This document shows, in pieces, positions 9,266 through 18,707 of a stretch of 64,000 bases of DNA (position 1 is its first letter; every line of letters begins with the position of its first letter). The stretch comes from a virus, in the IMG/VR virus record IMGVR_UViG_3300020731_000015, positions 11,271 through 75,270 of that record. One strand, written 5' to 3'. The translations under genes and the position numbers were made by a program. The notes beneath the pieces were generated by a model, which worked only from the letters and a program-made list of their open reading frames with translations, made no database searches and was not told where the DNA came from.

Positions 9266-9752
9266 CATCTACGAAAGGGCTATGCGGGATTGTTTTGTCA
9301 CCGCACTCCAATCGCCAGACCGTGCGACCCAGAACGCTTCGGTGCTGATACGCAACGACTGGATTCTTCGCCCGACCTACGCCTACAACGACTTCCCAAA
9401 GGGCCTTAGAACGCCCCCAGAGCGCCTAGAACCCCCGACTAAGTATCTCTATACCGAACACGCCGAGAGGAACTCTCTCTACGCCGCAGCGAGGGCTGGT
9501 ATCAGCACGGCGGGCTTGACGATGGTGGCTATCTGGGCTTCCTGTGCGGATTGTGCTCGAGGGATTATCCAAAGTGGAGTCACGACTCTGGTTCGCTACA
9601 AGATTGATACCCCCGAACGCTGGGGGGAATCTATCGAGGCTGGTGAAACAATGCTTCGGGAAGCGGGCGTGGAAATAGTAGGGATTTCCAAACTATTTCC
9701 TGATGTAAAACCCCTTCTTCGTAGTGGGGAATACTGGATACCAAATAAATAA
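9258..9752 (+). CDS. dCMP deaminase-family protein
   Basis: SPD...YN..PKG, EHAERN, SCADCARGIIQSG; start at ATG 9258. Confidence 0.85.
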   Translation: MYNIYERAMRDCFVTALQSPDRATQNASVLIRNDWILRPTYAYNDFPKGLRTPPERLEPPTKYLYTEHAERNSLYAAARAGISTAGLTMVAIWASCADCARGIIQSGVTTLVRYKIDTPERWGESIEAGETMLREAGVEIVGISKLFPDVKPLLRSGEYWIPNK

Positions 9753-10078
9753 TCCTTGCTTTGTCACTCAACCCTGCTATAGTGGGTATATGGCATATAA
9801 AACCATAAGAGAGATTGATGACGCAGACCTTGAGGGCGTAGTGGCTTGCTACTGCGGTTGCAAGTACTGGGAGAACTTACGCTGTATTTCTTGCGGCGAC
9901 CGAGTTGAGCCCGAACTGCTGATTCAACTAAAGGAGACAATGTAATGAGCAACAAAGAGGAAATCATCAAGGGTCTTGAGAAGTTCCGCCCGCTTGAGTT
10001 GGGCGACGACCCTATGGCTTGGCGACAGAGCGATACTCTCGACCGAGTAATCGCCTATCTGAACGAGGTGCTGAACTA

Positions 10079-10378
10079 ATGTCAGACCTTATGATTCAGG
10101 CCGACCCGCCCGCCTCTAAGCGAGGCCGTAAGCCGAGTGCCAAAGTCGGGGTTCGCCGTGAGCAACTTCACCAAAACCCCGGCACTTGGTTCCTATGGCA
10201 AAACGATGCCAAGAACCCCTCATACTCTCGCAAGACAGCGTGGCAACTTTTGGAACTAAAGCAGGGCGACAAAATCAAGATGAAGCAAATCCCCTACGAG
10301 TTCCGTTCAATAAAGAACGAGAACGACTCGTGCTACACCCTGTATGTACGATACATTCCAACGAAAGGGCAACAATGA
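10079..10378 (+). CDS. Hypothetical protein, possibly DNA-binding
   Basis: DPP..RGRKP...NPGTWF...YVRY. Confidence 0.55.
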   Translation: MSDLMIQADPPASKRGRKPSAKVGVRREQLHQNPGTWFLWQNDAKNPSYSRKTAWQLLELKQGDKIKMKQIPYEFRSIKNENDSCYTLYVRYIPTKGQQ

Positions 10379-10986
10379 TTGTTTGGATAGACACCGAAAC
10401 CACAGGGCTTGACTACAAGAAAGAAGCATTGTTGGAAATCGCCGTGCTGATTACCGATGACGAACTCAATGAGGTCGGCTCATACTCCACGATTATCAAG
10501 ACCCCTAAGCGTAAGTTGCGCCGTATGGACAACTATGTGACAGAGATGCACAATCGTTCGGGCTTGCTTGACGACCTCGAGCACTTCGGCGGTCGTAATA
10601 TCAAGGTTGCTGAAATGGAAATCTTGGCACTCCTTGACCAGCACGGTCTAGGCAAGGGCTTGCTACTCGGCGGCAATAGCGTTCACTTTGACCGCCGTAT
10701 GCTTGAGACTCGTATGCCACGCCTTATGGCTCGATTCACTCATCAGAACCTTGATGTGTCATCTATCGGGCTCACAATCAAGCGTTGGGCTCCGCACGTC
10801 TACGATTTGGTGAAACTAGAGAGCAAGGGGCGCGAACACGCCAACCCCCACCGGGCGTTATCCGACTTGATTGACTGCGTTCATTCGCTTAGGCGATACC
10901 GCCACTTGACCTTTACAACGGCTTCAGAAGAGTATCTGATTGCCACTAGAGGCTATGCCGAAGACACAACAGGAGAGGTGAACTAA
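10375..10986 (+). CDS. orn: Oligoribonuclease (DEDDh exonuclease)
   Basis: MIVWIDTETTGLD, EMHNRSGL, GNSVHFDRR, LDVSSI, HRALSDL. Confidence 0.9.
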   Translation: MIVWIDTETTGLDYKKEALLEIAVLITDDELNEVGSYSTIIKTPKRKLRRMDNYVTEMHNRSGLLDDLEHFGGRNIKVAEMEILALLDQHGLGKGLLLGGNSVHFDRRMLETRMPRLMARFTHQNLDVSSIGLTIKRWAPHVYDLVKLESKGREHANPHRALSDLIDCVHSLRRYRHLTFTTASEEYLIATRGYAEDTTGEVN

Positions 10987-11267
10987 TGGACCCGAATGAA
11001 TTGGACAAACTTTACAAGAAGCGTGAAAAGGACACCCTACGCGCTATTCGACAGACTCGCTGGCGTCGTAAGACCACCGCTCAAAAGTTTGCCGATATTT
11101 GGCTACGGATTATCGGCTGGGCTATGTTTACCGCTTGCGCAACGGTGCTTCTCGGAATCCTCGTAATCTTTGCGGCTGATTCCAAAATCCCCCTAGTCTC
11201 AAAACTTCTAGTCGGCTTGATTATCGTGATACTCGGTGTCTCGGTCTGGGCTCTAGAGAACCAATAG
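10986..11267 (+). CDS. Two-TM membrane protein
   Basis: Basic N-terminus followed by two hydrophobic helices. Confidence 0.65.
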   Translation: MDPNELDKLYKKREKDTLRAIRQTRWRRKTTAQKFADIWLRIIGWAMFTACATVLLGILVIFAADSKIPLVSKLLVGLIIVILGVSVWALENQ

Positions 11268-11278
11268 AAAGGAACACA

Positions 11279-11527
11279 ATGGGAAGAAAAATTGATGAGG
11301 CGTTCTATCGCCTAAGCGTAGAGGCCAATCACCACATACGCCTATCACAAACAAAGCAGGAAGACTACGAAAACGGTTTCGCACAGGGATTCGTAGAGGC
11401 TCTCCGTATCGTTGGGAATATTAGGAATCAAAAGGTTCCGACCAAGACACGAAACTTGTTCCCAGAGGGAATGCTTATCGTTCGCCACACGGACACGAAG
11501 CCTCGCCGTTTCAGCAAAAAGAAGTAG
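11279..11527 (+). CDS. Hypothetical protein
   Basis: GAAAGGA RBS. Confidence 0.55.
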   Translation: MGRKIDEAFYRLSVEANHHIRLSQTKQEDYENGFAQGFVEALRIVGNIRNQKVPTKTRNLFPEGMLIVRHTDTKPRRFSKKK

Positions 11528-11529
11528 GC

Positions 11530-11940
11530 GTGTCAAAGCGAGTGCCTAAATACAGAGCCAAAGTTCCCGGCGTATTCCAAACGGATTTCGATATCCGAGC
11601 GGATAAGACTACGGATTATTGGTTCTGTTATGGCGGCAACACTTTCGTAGGCACATACACATACCGGGGCAAGACCCTAGATATCTATTGCTGTGGTGAA
11701 ATGCGTATGACCCACAAGGGCGATATCTGGCGATACTCCGATGACATAAACATCAGACCCAAGAATGATACGAAGTTGGCCGAACTAATCCAAAGCGGTC
11801 AAATCCAGCAAGATAATAACTGCTGGTTCGAGGTCTTCTACCAAGATGACGAAGAGTGGGGCGATGACACAACTAACATCATTGGCGGGAGCCTAGATGA
11901 AGTTATGTCATACGCCCACAAACTTCTATCGGCGGGCTGA
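11530..11940 (+). CDS. Hypothetical protein
   Basis: ORF within the operon. Confidence 0.55.
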   Translation: MSKRVPKYRAKVPGVFQTDFDIRADKTTDYWFCYGGNTFVGTYTYRGKTLDIYCCGEMRMTHKGDIWRYSDDINIRPKNDTKLAELIQSGQIQQDNNCWFEVFYQDDEEWGDDTTNIIGGSLDEVMSYAHKLLSAG

Positions 11941-12237
11941 TTCCTCACCCTTGAGGGCATCAATCGCTGTGCTTATCCAAGCGTTGCGTGGGCGATAGTT
12001 GGCATCGGCCTGAATCTTGCCGAGGACGCGGTCGATTGCTTCCTGCCAAGAGTCGCCGTTCTTTCCCACTTTGGTAGTGGTGCGACCCTTTGCGAGCGAG
12101 AGGAAGAAAGCCATCTGCTTGTCGCTGGCGGGCTTGTCGGCAATCTTGCGCTGTGCTTCAGCACGGCGAGTTAGTCGCTGCTCGACTTCCCACTCGTAGC
12201 GAAGTTCCGCGCTTTTGTCTGCCTTTGTATAACTCAT
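11926..12237 (-). CDS. Hypothetical early protein with an ASDKQ-type motif
   Basis: AAGGAGACACT-ATG; PASDKQMAF resembles ATDKQIAY of the 18708 gene. Confidence 0.65.
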   Translation of the reverse strand: MSYTKADKSAELRYEWEVEQRLTRRAEAQRKIADKPASDKQMAFFLSLAKGRTTTKVGKNGDSWQEAIDRVLGKIQADANYRPRNAWISTAIDALKGEESARR

Positions 12238-12330
12238 AGTGTCTCCTTATCACTAAACCCTACTCTATTACTTTACCAAAGGGGTGTGACATTAGCAAGG
12301 ACCGCCCAAACCCCTTGTTATTGTTGGGCT

Positions 12331-12537
12331 ATGGAACCCGACCTATTTGACGAGCAATCATTTCTGACCCAATTCAGCAAAGAGGAAATCCGCTTCGGAA
12401 TTGACCAGTTCGCAGAAGTCAAACTCGGTATGACCGGGGAAGTATTTATTTCCAAAGTTCGTGCTGGCGAGCCCGTTCACCAACTCCATAAAAAAGCCCA
12501 AGAGGTAGCAAATCTGGTATCCCTGTTGGATAACTAG
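12331..12537 (+). CDS. Hypothetical protein, leaderless start
   Basis: TATTGT-N6-ATG at 12331. Confidence 0.5.
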   Translation: MEPDLFDEQSFLTQFSKEEIRFGIDQFAEVKLGMTGEVFISKVRAGEPVHQLHKKAQEVANLVSLLDN

Positions 12538-12554
12538 CGTGTAGTGTTCTACCT

Positions 12555-12872
12555 ATGAACCGACTCACTATCAGAGAGCGACTCGCCCTTTGGTTGGTAA
12601 GGAAACGCCCGATTGATGACGGATTCTTACCCGATGGCTTACAGATGCGCATCGCCAAAGACGAGGCTCTGATTTCTGCCGTTAGCCTTGCCGTGATTCA
12701 GCAAGGTCTTCTACACAATCTAGTTATGTCTCTCAACGAGATGGGGATTGTGATAGCGACCGACAGCGATATTCACGAAGAGATGACTCGGTTGGTGGAA
12801 TCGCTACACGCTTCGCAAAATGTGATGGCAGAAGTAGCCGGAATAAAAGACCTCAAGACGGAGACAGTATGA
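12555..12872 (+). CDS. Hypothetical protein, leaderless start
   Basis: TAGTGT-N7-ATG. Confidence 0.6.
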   Translation: MNRLTIRERLALWLVRKRPIDDGFLPDGLQMRIAKDEALISAVSLAVIQQGLLHNLVMSLNEMGIVIATDSDIHEEMTRLVESLHASQNVMAEVAGIKDLKTETV

Positions 12873-13192
12873 CAGACGAAAACGCAACCACACCAGACCC
12901 CAACGAGGCTACTAAAACCAATTTGGATTTCGAGGGCCTCGACCCCGGCAAGATTGCGGTCAAGTTAGGTCTTGAGCAAGTTCTTCGCATCCACGAGATT
13001 GAGCGCACAATGCTTTCGCGCGCTATCCAAGTAATCCACGAATTGACCAAGCAGAGTGCTGAAGAGATTATCGCCAAGTTGTCAAAGGGTCTAAACGGAG
13101 AATATGACGAGGCCGTAGAAACGGCTAAGACCGCAACCCAAGTTGCCAAGTTGTATATCCCGCAGAAGAAGATTATCAACCCGGGTCTTTAG
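12869..13192 (+). CDS. Hypothetical helical protein, similar to 20667-20921
   Basis: GLEQ...MLSRAIQ.I.E.T similarity. Confidence 0.6.
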   Translation: MTDENATTPDPNEATKTNLDFEGLDPGKIAVKLGLEQVLRIHEIERTMLSRAIQVIHELTKQSAEEIIAKLSKGLNGEYDEAVETAKTATQVAKLYIPQKKIINPGL

Positions 13193-13581
13193 TTTTCCTT
13201 TAGCCACTCTTCGGGGATAGTCAAATCCTTTGGAACAACGCCACATACGACTGGAACCGAACTCTTGCTGAAATGGGTGGCCGCTGCGCCATAGAACGCC
13301 GAGATAACGGCGTAGTAATCAATACCCGTTTCATTACTAAAGGCAGTGCAAAGGAATTGGAAGTAAGCGATAGTCTCGCTCTCGTTTGGGTCAAGGGTTT
13401 CGCCCGCCTCTTCCAAACTATTTTTCATAGCCTTACGCATATAGATATCTAGAACCGAAAGATTCGGGGTTTCCCTAGTTTCTTTGGCGAAGAAAGCGGC
13501 GAGGCTTCCGAGTGCGATACCCGCAGCAAACGAATCAACGAGTGCGGATTCTTCTGGTGAAAACTGAAGTTCGTCTGACAT
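13189..13581 (-). CDS. Hypothetical protein
   Basis: TAATG coupling within the GGCT operon. Confidence 0.55.
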   Translation of the reverse strand: MSDELQFSPEESALVDSFAAGIALGSLAAFFAKETRETPNLSVLDIYMRKAMKNSLEEAGETLDPNESETIAYFQFLCTAFSNETGIDYYAVISAFYGAAATHFSKSSVPVVCGVVPKDLTIPEEWLKEN

Positions 13582-14048
13582 TACTTGATAATCACAAAGT
13601 AGTGAGGAACTGGCTTCTTAGCCTTAGCCGTGAGGCCTGTTCCCAACTTGTTCCGACCTCTTGGCTTCGTGGCAAGTGCCTTACGGAGTGGCGTAGGTGG
13701 AGAGTATTTGCTGAAAGTGCTTGTCCAAAGGTCTTGCTCTTCCTCGACCGTTGAGCCGAAAGCCTCAATCAGTTCATCAAACCGTTCGTTGATAGAGAAG
13801 TCATCTTCATACTCAAAGTTTTCAGCAAAGCCGTCTAGGAGAGCCATAAACTCGGCATCTTCGCTCAACTCGTTCATACGAGCATCACCGAAGAGGTAGT
13901 AAGGCAAGTCTTCGGGGGTGCAATCAAAGAAGTCGAACCACTCGACATCTTTCATACCCCGAACTTGGTTCATATCCATACCGAATTGACTAGAGCAATA
14001 GTCGTAATCTTCTTCGTTCATAAATTGTGAAAACTGATTCTTTGGCAT
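13581..14048 (-). CDS. Acidic hypothetical protein with a basic C-terminus, start MPKNQ at 14048
   Basis: TAATG coupling to the GGCT gene. Confidence 0.55.
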   Translation of the reverse strand: MPKNQFSQFMNEEDYDYCSSQFGMDMNQVRGMKDVEWFDFFDCTPEDLPYYLFGDARMNELSEDAEFMALLDGFAENFEYEDDFSINERFDELIEAFGSTVEEEQDLWTSTFSKYSPPTPLRKALATKPRGRNKLGTGLTAKAKKPVPHYFVIIK

Positions 14049-14485
14049 TATCGCCACCACTCTTTCCTCTCGACCGAACACCAGTCGTTGTTCGGAACTT
14101 CATCTCCGACTTCATATTGCCAAGTGCAAACGGTAGCCTCTAGCAACTCGCCGCTAGGAGTCTCCACACTTGCCTCATTAATTGTGTAGCCCGCACCCGA
14201 CTCCATTCGCAACATAGCGATTGTGTCATCGTTGAGGGTGAGTTCATACAATTCACCTACGGCCTTGTCAGCGATAGACCCACTCCACCGAAGAACCGGG
14301 TAAGAGCGATGACCACGCTGGTAGTAAAGTTTCGCCCCCTTGATTACAATCGGGCCGAGGTCATTAATAATTGACTGCTCAATCCAGTTGTGTAAGGGCT
14401 CGCCTTTGCGTAGCGTTCCGTAGGCAACGAACAGGATTGTTTCCTGCGTTGGTGCTGATTCTTTTTCTTGTTGGTCTAATGACAT
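14048..14485 (-). CDS. Gamma-glutamylcyclotransferase (AIG2-like)
   Basis: FVAYGTLRKG, YP, GELY, L..E; leaderless TTGACT-N18-TAAACT-N6-ATG. Confidence 0.85.
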   Translation of the reverse strand: MSLDQQEKESAPTQETILFVAYGTLRKGEPLHNWIEQSIINDLGPIVIKGAKLYYQRGHRSYPVLRWSGSIADKAVGELYELTLNDDTIAMLRMESGAGYTINEASVETPSGELLEATVCTWQYEVGDEVPNNDWCSVERKEWWR

Positions 14486-14536
14486 AACCCTAGTTTAGTC
14501 GGCGGCCACAACCAAAGTCAAGAATGCTCTGAATAC

Positions 14537-14565
14537 TTGACTAGGGTTTAGTTTGGAACTATAAT
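14537..14565 (+). promoter_or_regulatory. Near-consensus sigma-A promoter
   Basis: TTGACT-N17-TATAAT. Confidence 0.85.
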
Positions 14566-14590
14566 CTATTCATCAGACAAAGGAGACAAG

Positions 14591-14695
14591 ATGACTGATT
14601 TCACCAACCACGAAACCGAAGAAGAGATGGCCGTGCGACTTGGCTTTGACAAGTTCAATGCTTTGCTTGCCGGGCAATACAAAGACGAGGAATAA
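14591..14695 (+). CDS. 34-aa micro-ORF
   Basis: AAAGGAGACAAG-ATG directly after the strong promoter; MTDFTNHETEEE...KDEE. Confidence 0.6.
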   Translation: MTDFTNHETEEEMAVRLGFDKFNALLAGQYKDEE

Positions 14696-14760
14696 TGTTC
14701 TTCGCTTCTATTGCGCTGTTCGTCACGGTCGTTGCCGTTCTAGCGGGATACGACAAGTAG
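14695..14760 (+). CDS. 21-aa hydrophobic peptide
   Basis: TAATG-coupled; MFFASIALFVTVVAVLAGYDK. Confidence 0.45.
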   Translation: MFFASIALFVTVVAVLAGYDK

Positions 14761-14825
14761 GTTCTTGACAAGAGTGGTGCGCTCGCACTAGTGTCTCCGA
14801 CAACATCAACAAAAGGAGAACAACT

Positions 14826-15083
14826 ATGGGTAGCCCCACAGATAATGTCGTCGTATTTTCGCTTCCGCCGAATAACGACCCCTACAAACTTTATGTAGGA
14901 AAGGGCGACCAACGAGTTGCCGATATGGTCCACCTTTGGACCGCGCCGGGTGCGCCAGAGTTCACGCCAGAATTGGTTGCTGAAATCGAAGACCACCTTT
15001 TCACGAAGCACAACATTGTTGTTGTATCCCCTTGGGAGTCTGAAGAGATTGAGTATCGCGTCGCCTATTACGACCACGCCTAG
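14826..15083 (+). CDS. Hypothetical protein
   Basis: TTGACA-N18-TAGTGT promoter at 14765; AAAGGAG RBS. Confidence 0.65.
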   Translation: MGSPTDNVVVFSLPPNNDPYKLYVGKGDQRVADMVHLWTAPGAPEFTPELVAEIEDHLFTKHNIVVVSPWESEEIEYRVAYYDHA

Positions 15084-15352
15084 TGACTGTCGTAAGGCGA
15101 ACCATCTATCGCCGTATCAACCCCAATAGAAGTATTGGTGGAGTGGCAGATGGCTACCTCGTAGAACGATACAAGGGAGTATTAGCGGGGCGCATCACGC
15201 CGCTCGGCTACATACCCACCGACAAAGAAGACTTTGCTGAAATGCTTTATGAGAACAACAACTTGACCCCCTCTGGCTCTTGGTCGGAAACAAAGGTTGA
15301 GGGATTACAAAAGATTCGTTGCGTTATTAGCAGCGACTTTTCCCAAGACTAG
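15083..15352 (+). CDS. Hypothetical protein
   Basis: TAGTG coupling. Confidence 0.5.
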   Translation: MTVVRRTIYRRINPNRSIGGVADGYLVERYKGVLAGRITPLGYIPTDKEDFAEMLYENNNLTPSGSWSETKVEGLQKIRCVISSDFSQD

Positions 15353-15360
15353 GAGAACTG

Positions 15361-15801
15361 GTGGCTAAATACACCAATGATGATATTCGTAATTGGTCAG
15401 AAAAAAGGAGTTGCGTAGGAATCGGCCCAAGTGCTTTCTATCCAATTAGGGAACAAGAAATCTCTATAGATATTCTCCAACTCTGTGATACTTGCCCTGT
15501 AAACGAGAAGTGTGCTGAACAAGCAATAGCGACCGAAGAGCCATCTGGCTATTGGGGTGGATTAAATATGAGCGAGCGCAATCGCATTATGGCGGCGCGT
15601 AGACACTTAGCAGCGAACCCAAACTTCGAGCCCGAAGAACCACCGTGCCGAAACAAAATCAAGGTGCGTGGAACTGGATTTAAGTTGCACATCGACTTAG
15701 GTGAAGTTCCGTGTAGAGCGTGTCGCATTGTTTATAGAGAAAAGCAAATCGCTAAACGAGCATCTATTCAGAAATCACTTTTGGCGAAGATGGCGAATTA
15801 G
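15361..15801 (+). CDS. whiB: WhiB-family transcription factor with a C-terminal Cys/His extension
   Basis: W..RSC...FYP...CDTCPVNEKC...GYWGG..ER. Confidence 0.85.
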   Translation: MAKYTNDDIRNWSEKRSCVGIGPSAFYPIREQEISIDILQLCDTCPVNEKCAEQAIATEEPSGYWGGLNMSERNRIMAARRHLAANPNFEPEEPPCRNKIKVRGTGFKLHIDLGEVPCRACRIVYREKQIAKRASIQKSLLAKMAN

Positions 15802-15833
15802 GATTTTCCAAACCTCATTGTAAATTGTGAGGT

Positions 15834-16916
15834 ATGGCGCACCCCTTAAAACACTTATCTGTATTTGTCGTATGGCTACTGTTATCAGCATCGCTAGTTA
15901 TGGGGTTTGGAGATACTGCCTATGGCACTCCAAGTGTCTGTGCCAAAGCGAATTGGGTGAGCATTATCGATGTCTCATCAAACAATGTTCACCCGATTGG
16001 CTGGGGCAAACTCCTAGTCGCTGGCGTGGCTGGTGCTTACATCAAAAACTCCGATGGCTACCACTACATCAACCCTTATTGGGCTGCTGATACCAAAGCC
16101 GCTACCAAAGCCGGTATCCCTTACGGCAACTACTACTTCGCCCAACCTAAGACCACCGACCCCACCCTTGCAGCCAACTTTTTCGTCAAGAGTGGTGGGG
16201 CGAGCGGTCAGTTGCCACCGGCCCTAGACCTTGAGGTTGAGGGTAAATCACCAGCAGCGACCGCACAATGGGCCGTCACTTGGCTCAACCGAGTTCGCTA
16301 CCTAACCAATCGCACCCCAATCATCTACACGGGGGCTTTCCAGCCTTGGTCATCATCTCTGCTATTCAAGGGTTGGACCCTCTGGCTTCCGGCCTATCCG
16401 CTCGGCTACAAAAAGGTCACGAGTGTCTGCACCCTGCCCCTGCCCGTTCTCCCTGCCGCTTGGCGTGGCGTTGGCTGGTCTATGTGGCAATACACGAGCG
16501 TTGCCCGACTCCTCGGCACGAAGAACCCAAATGATGTGAGCGTGGCTGTGGCCGCTTGGTTCGCTCGTTGGACTGGTGCTGGTGTTCAGCCCCCACAACC
16601 CGGCATAAACAAAATACCAACCCCGCTTTACACGAGTGGTTCGTATGGTGTGAAAGTTGTAGCGATTCAGAAAGTCTTGATTACTGCTGGCCTGCTTCCC
16701 GCTGGCTCTGCTGATGGCTACTTTGGAAGAACCACGAAAATTGCCCTTGAGAAGTGGCAAAAGACTATTGGCGTACAGGCTGATGGTGAATGGTCCGCCG
16801 CAACCCAAACCGCAAGTTCGTTCTATCTAAGCCACGGCTTTACACTTACCCAAGCAACAAATATGGCGGCTATGGGTGCTGTCCTTAAGGCGAATCAATA
16901 CAAGGTGGTCTTCTAA
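15834..16916 (+). CDS. Endolysin: signal peptide, GH25 muramidase and peptidoglycan-binding domain
   Basis: IDVSS, YYFA, ALDLE, PIIYTG, WQYTS; ADGYFGRTT..A..WQ...ADG. Confidence 0.88.
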   Translation: MAHPLKHLSVFVVWLLLSASLVMGFGDTAYGTPSVCAKANWVSIIDVSSNNVHPIGWGKLLVAGVAGAYIKNSDGYHYINPYWAADTKAATKAGIPYGNYYFAQPKTTDPTLAANFFVKSGGASGQLPPALDLEVEGKSPAATAQWAVTWLNRVRYLTNRTPIIYTGAFQPWSSSLLFKGWTLWLPAYPLGYKKVTSVCTLPLPVLPAAWRGVGWSMWQYTSVARLLGTKNPNDVSVAVAAWFARWTGAGVQPPQPGINKIPTPLYTSGSYGVKVVAIQKVLITAGLLPAGSADGYFGRTTKIALEKWQKTIGVQADGEWSAATQTASSFYLSHGFTLTQATNMAAMGAVLKANQYKVVF

Positions 16917-17233
16917 TGTTCGGTCTAGTAGTCAATCAGAACACATACAACATTTGGCAAACGGTTCTTGCCTTTGTGCTGATGTCTGGCGCGCTCATTG
17001 GCGGGTTTTCCAAACTAAACAAGAACCTTGCCAAGAAAGAAGACATTGACAAACTCCGTGAGCAGTTGGCCGAGGTCAAAGAGGGCAACACAAAAGAAAA
17101 CACTCGGATTATCGCAATCGTTGAGGATATCAAGGAAGATATCCAAAATAGCGAACGCCGCCTAGACCGACACATTGACTTAGGCGGTCACGGAAAAGTC
17201 AAGCGAAACCACTTAGACGGTGCTGATGAGTAA
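16916..17233 (+). CDS. Single-TM coiled-coil protein (holin-like or lysis accessory)
   Basis: Coupled to the endolysin; N-terminal TM helix. Confidence 0.5.
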   Translation: MFGLVVNQNTYNIWQTVLAFVLMSGALIGGFSKLNKNLAKKEDIDKLREQLAEVKEGNTKENTRIIAIVEDIKEDIQNSERRLDRHIDLGGHGKVKRNHLDGADE

Positions 17234-17669
17234 TCACGAGCCCACGCCCGTCCATATCCAAAAGGTCACGCACAACTACGCAATCCGCTTCCCTGAACAC
17301 GAAGCGCGCGAAGATGACCCAAACTATGTAGATTTCAACCACATCCGCCGAGAGTGGCAGAAAGACCCCGTGAAGTGGCAGTGCCACATTGGAATCGTTC
17401 GTGGTGATTTCTCCGAGTGCTCGCTAGACAAGCCCCTAGAACTCCACCACGCCCACATCGAGTTCGCCATTATGAACTCCGTTGACCTTGGTTGGCTAGA
17501 ACGCCAATACCCGGGCGTATCCGACCCCGACAAGTTGGGTGCTTGGGTTGAGAGTGCTGAAAACCTATTGGTCCTATGCGAGTTCCACCACCGAGGTCAC
17601 GCCGGTATCCACGTTGCCTCTTCGAGTGACTATGAGGGATTAAAATTCGTGCGTAATCTGATAGTCTAA
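17226..17669 (+). CDS. HNH-like protein
   Basis: C...C...LELHH...NLLVLCEFHHRG. Confidence 0.6.
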   Translation: MSNHEPTPVHIQKVTHNYAIRFPEHEAREDDPNYVDFNHIRREWQKDPVKWQCHIGIVRGDFSECSLDKPLELHHAHIEFAIMNSVDLGWLERQYPGVSDPDKLGAWVESAENLLVLCEFHHRGHAGIHVASSSDYEGLKFVRNLIV

Positions 17670-17701
17670 CGAAATGACCAGAGGAATACGAGTCGTAGGG
17701 T

Positions 17702-17860
17702 GTTCACCACATAAACGGTGATAGGGCAGACAACAGAATAGAAAACCTAGAACTTTGGGTAGTATCTCAACCAGCGGGTAAACGCCCAGCGGATTTAGTT
17801 GCGTATGCGAAAGAGATTCTCAACACATATAGCGAAGAGGTCGAGAGAGGTATCATATGA
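17702..17860 (+). pseudogene. Truncated HNH homing endonuclease remnant
   Basis: Frame from 17702 reads VHHINGDRADNRIENLELWVVSQPAGKRPADLVAYAKEIL; in-frame TAG at 17696 and no start codon. Confidence 0.75.
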
Positions 17861-18240
17861 AAATTGCCCTAATCACATTCTTCTGTTTTATCTTTTCCAA
17901 TATCGCCTCTACGCTGATGGTTCAGGCCGAGAGCCGCAACCGAGCAATCTTGAGCGGTATGTTCGAGGCTATCTACGCCCTATTTTGGATTTACGCCGCC
18001 AAGTATGCGCTCTCAACATCACCAATCGAAATCGGTGCTTTGATTGGTGGCAACTTTCTTGGTGCGGTCGTGGGAGTCAAGTTTGGCGAGAAGTGGGTAG
18101 CCGACCACGATGATTTGGAAACCAAGCAGCGACTTGCTGAAACGGAAGCGGCACTCTTGCTCGCACATCAGTCCCTAGAAGAACTCAACGATGAAGTTGA
18201 GATGCACCACGAACTAGACGAAGAGAACCACACCCACTAA
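17857..18240 (+). CDS. Three-TM membrane protein
   Basis: Three hydrophobic segments; GAGAGG RBS. Confidence 0.65.
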   Translation: MKIALITFFCFIFSNIASTLMVQAESRNRAILSGMFEAIYALFWIYAAKYALSTSPIEIGALIGGNFLGAVVGVKFGEKWVADHDDLETKQRLAETEAALLLAHQSLEELNDEVEMHHELDEENHTH

Positions 18241-18277
18241 AGCAAAAAGCCCACCCAATCGGGCGGGCTAAGTGCTG
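18241..18277. terminator. Probable terminator between convergent genes
   Basis: AAAAAGCCCACCC-AATC-GGGCGGGCT hairpin. Confidence 0.6.
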
Positions 18278-18288
18278 ATTTGGAAAAT

Positions 18289-18522
18289 CTACTTCGTTTT
18301 GGTGTCCTCAACAAAAATGAAGCCAGCGTCGTTGCCCTCTTCGTCTGAACTTGGAATCAAAGCCTTGCCGTTGTCCAAGAAGATGACGAAAGGAACTGCG
18401 CCGAAGCGTGAATCCCAACCGTAGGCTTCGGTTTCAGCATCAGTGAGCGGGCGAACATTTGTAATCTTCGCCCCCACGAGTGAGCCGAACTCTGCCTTGA
18501 TGTATTCCTGTGATGTAGCCAT
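18289..18522 (-). CDS. Hypothetical early protein
   Basis: TTGACT-N17-TAAGAT promoter; AAAGGAGACA RBS; PSSDEEGNDAG motif. Confidence 0.7.
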   Translation of the reverse strand: MATSQEYIKAEFGSLVGAKITNVRPLTDAETEAYGWDSRFGAVPFVIFLDNGKALIPSSDEEGNDAGFIFVEDTKTK

Positions 18523-18707
18523 CTATGTCTCCTTTGTAAATACCTACATAAATATCTTACACCAATACTAAACCCTAGTCAAGTATCTAGATTATCCTTG
18601 TAAATCAGCCAAAATCGGGCGGATTCTCAAGAAATCTAGGGAAATCCTTGCTTATGTCACTACACCCCTGTATAGTGGATTATGTAGAAACAAGTAAAGG
18701 AGACACT

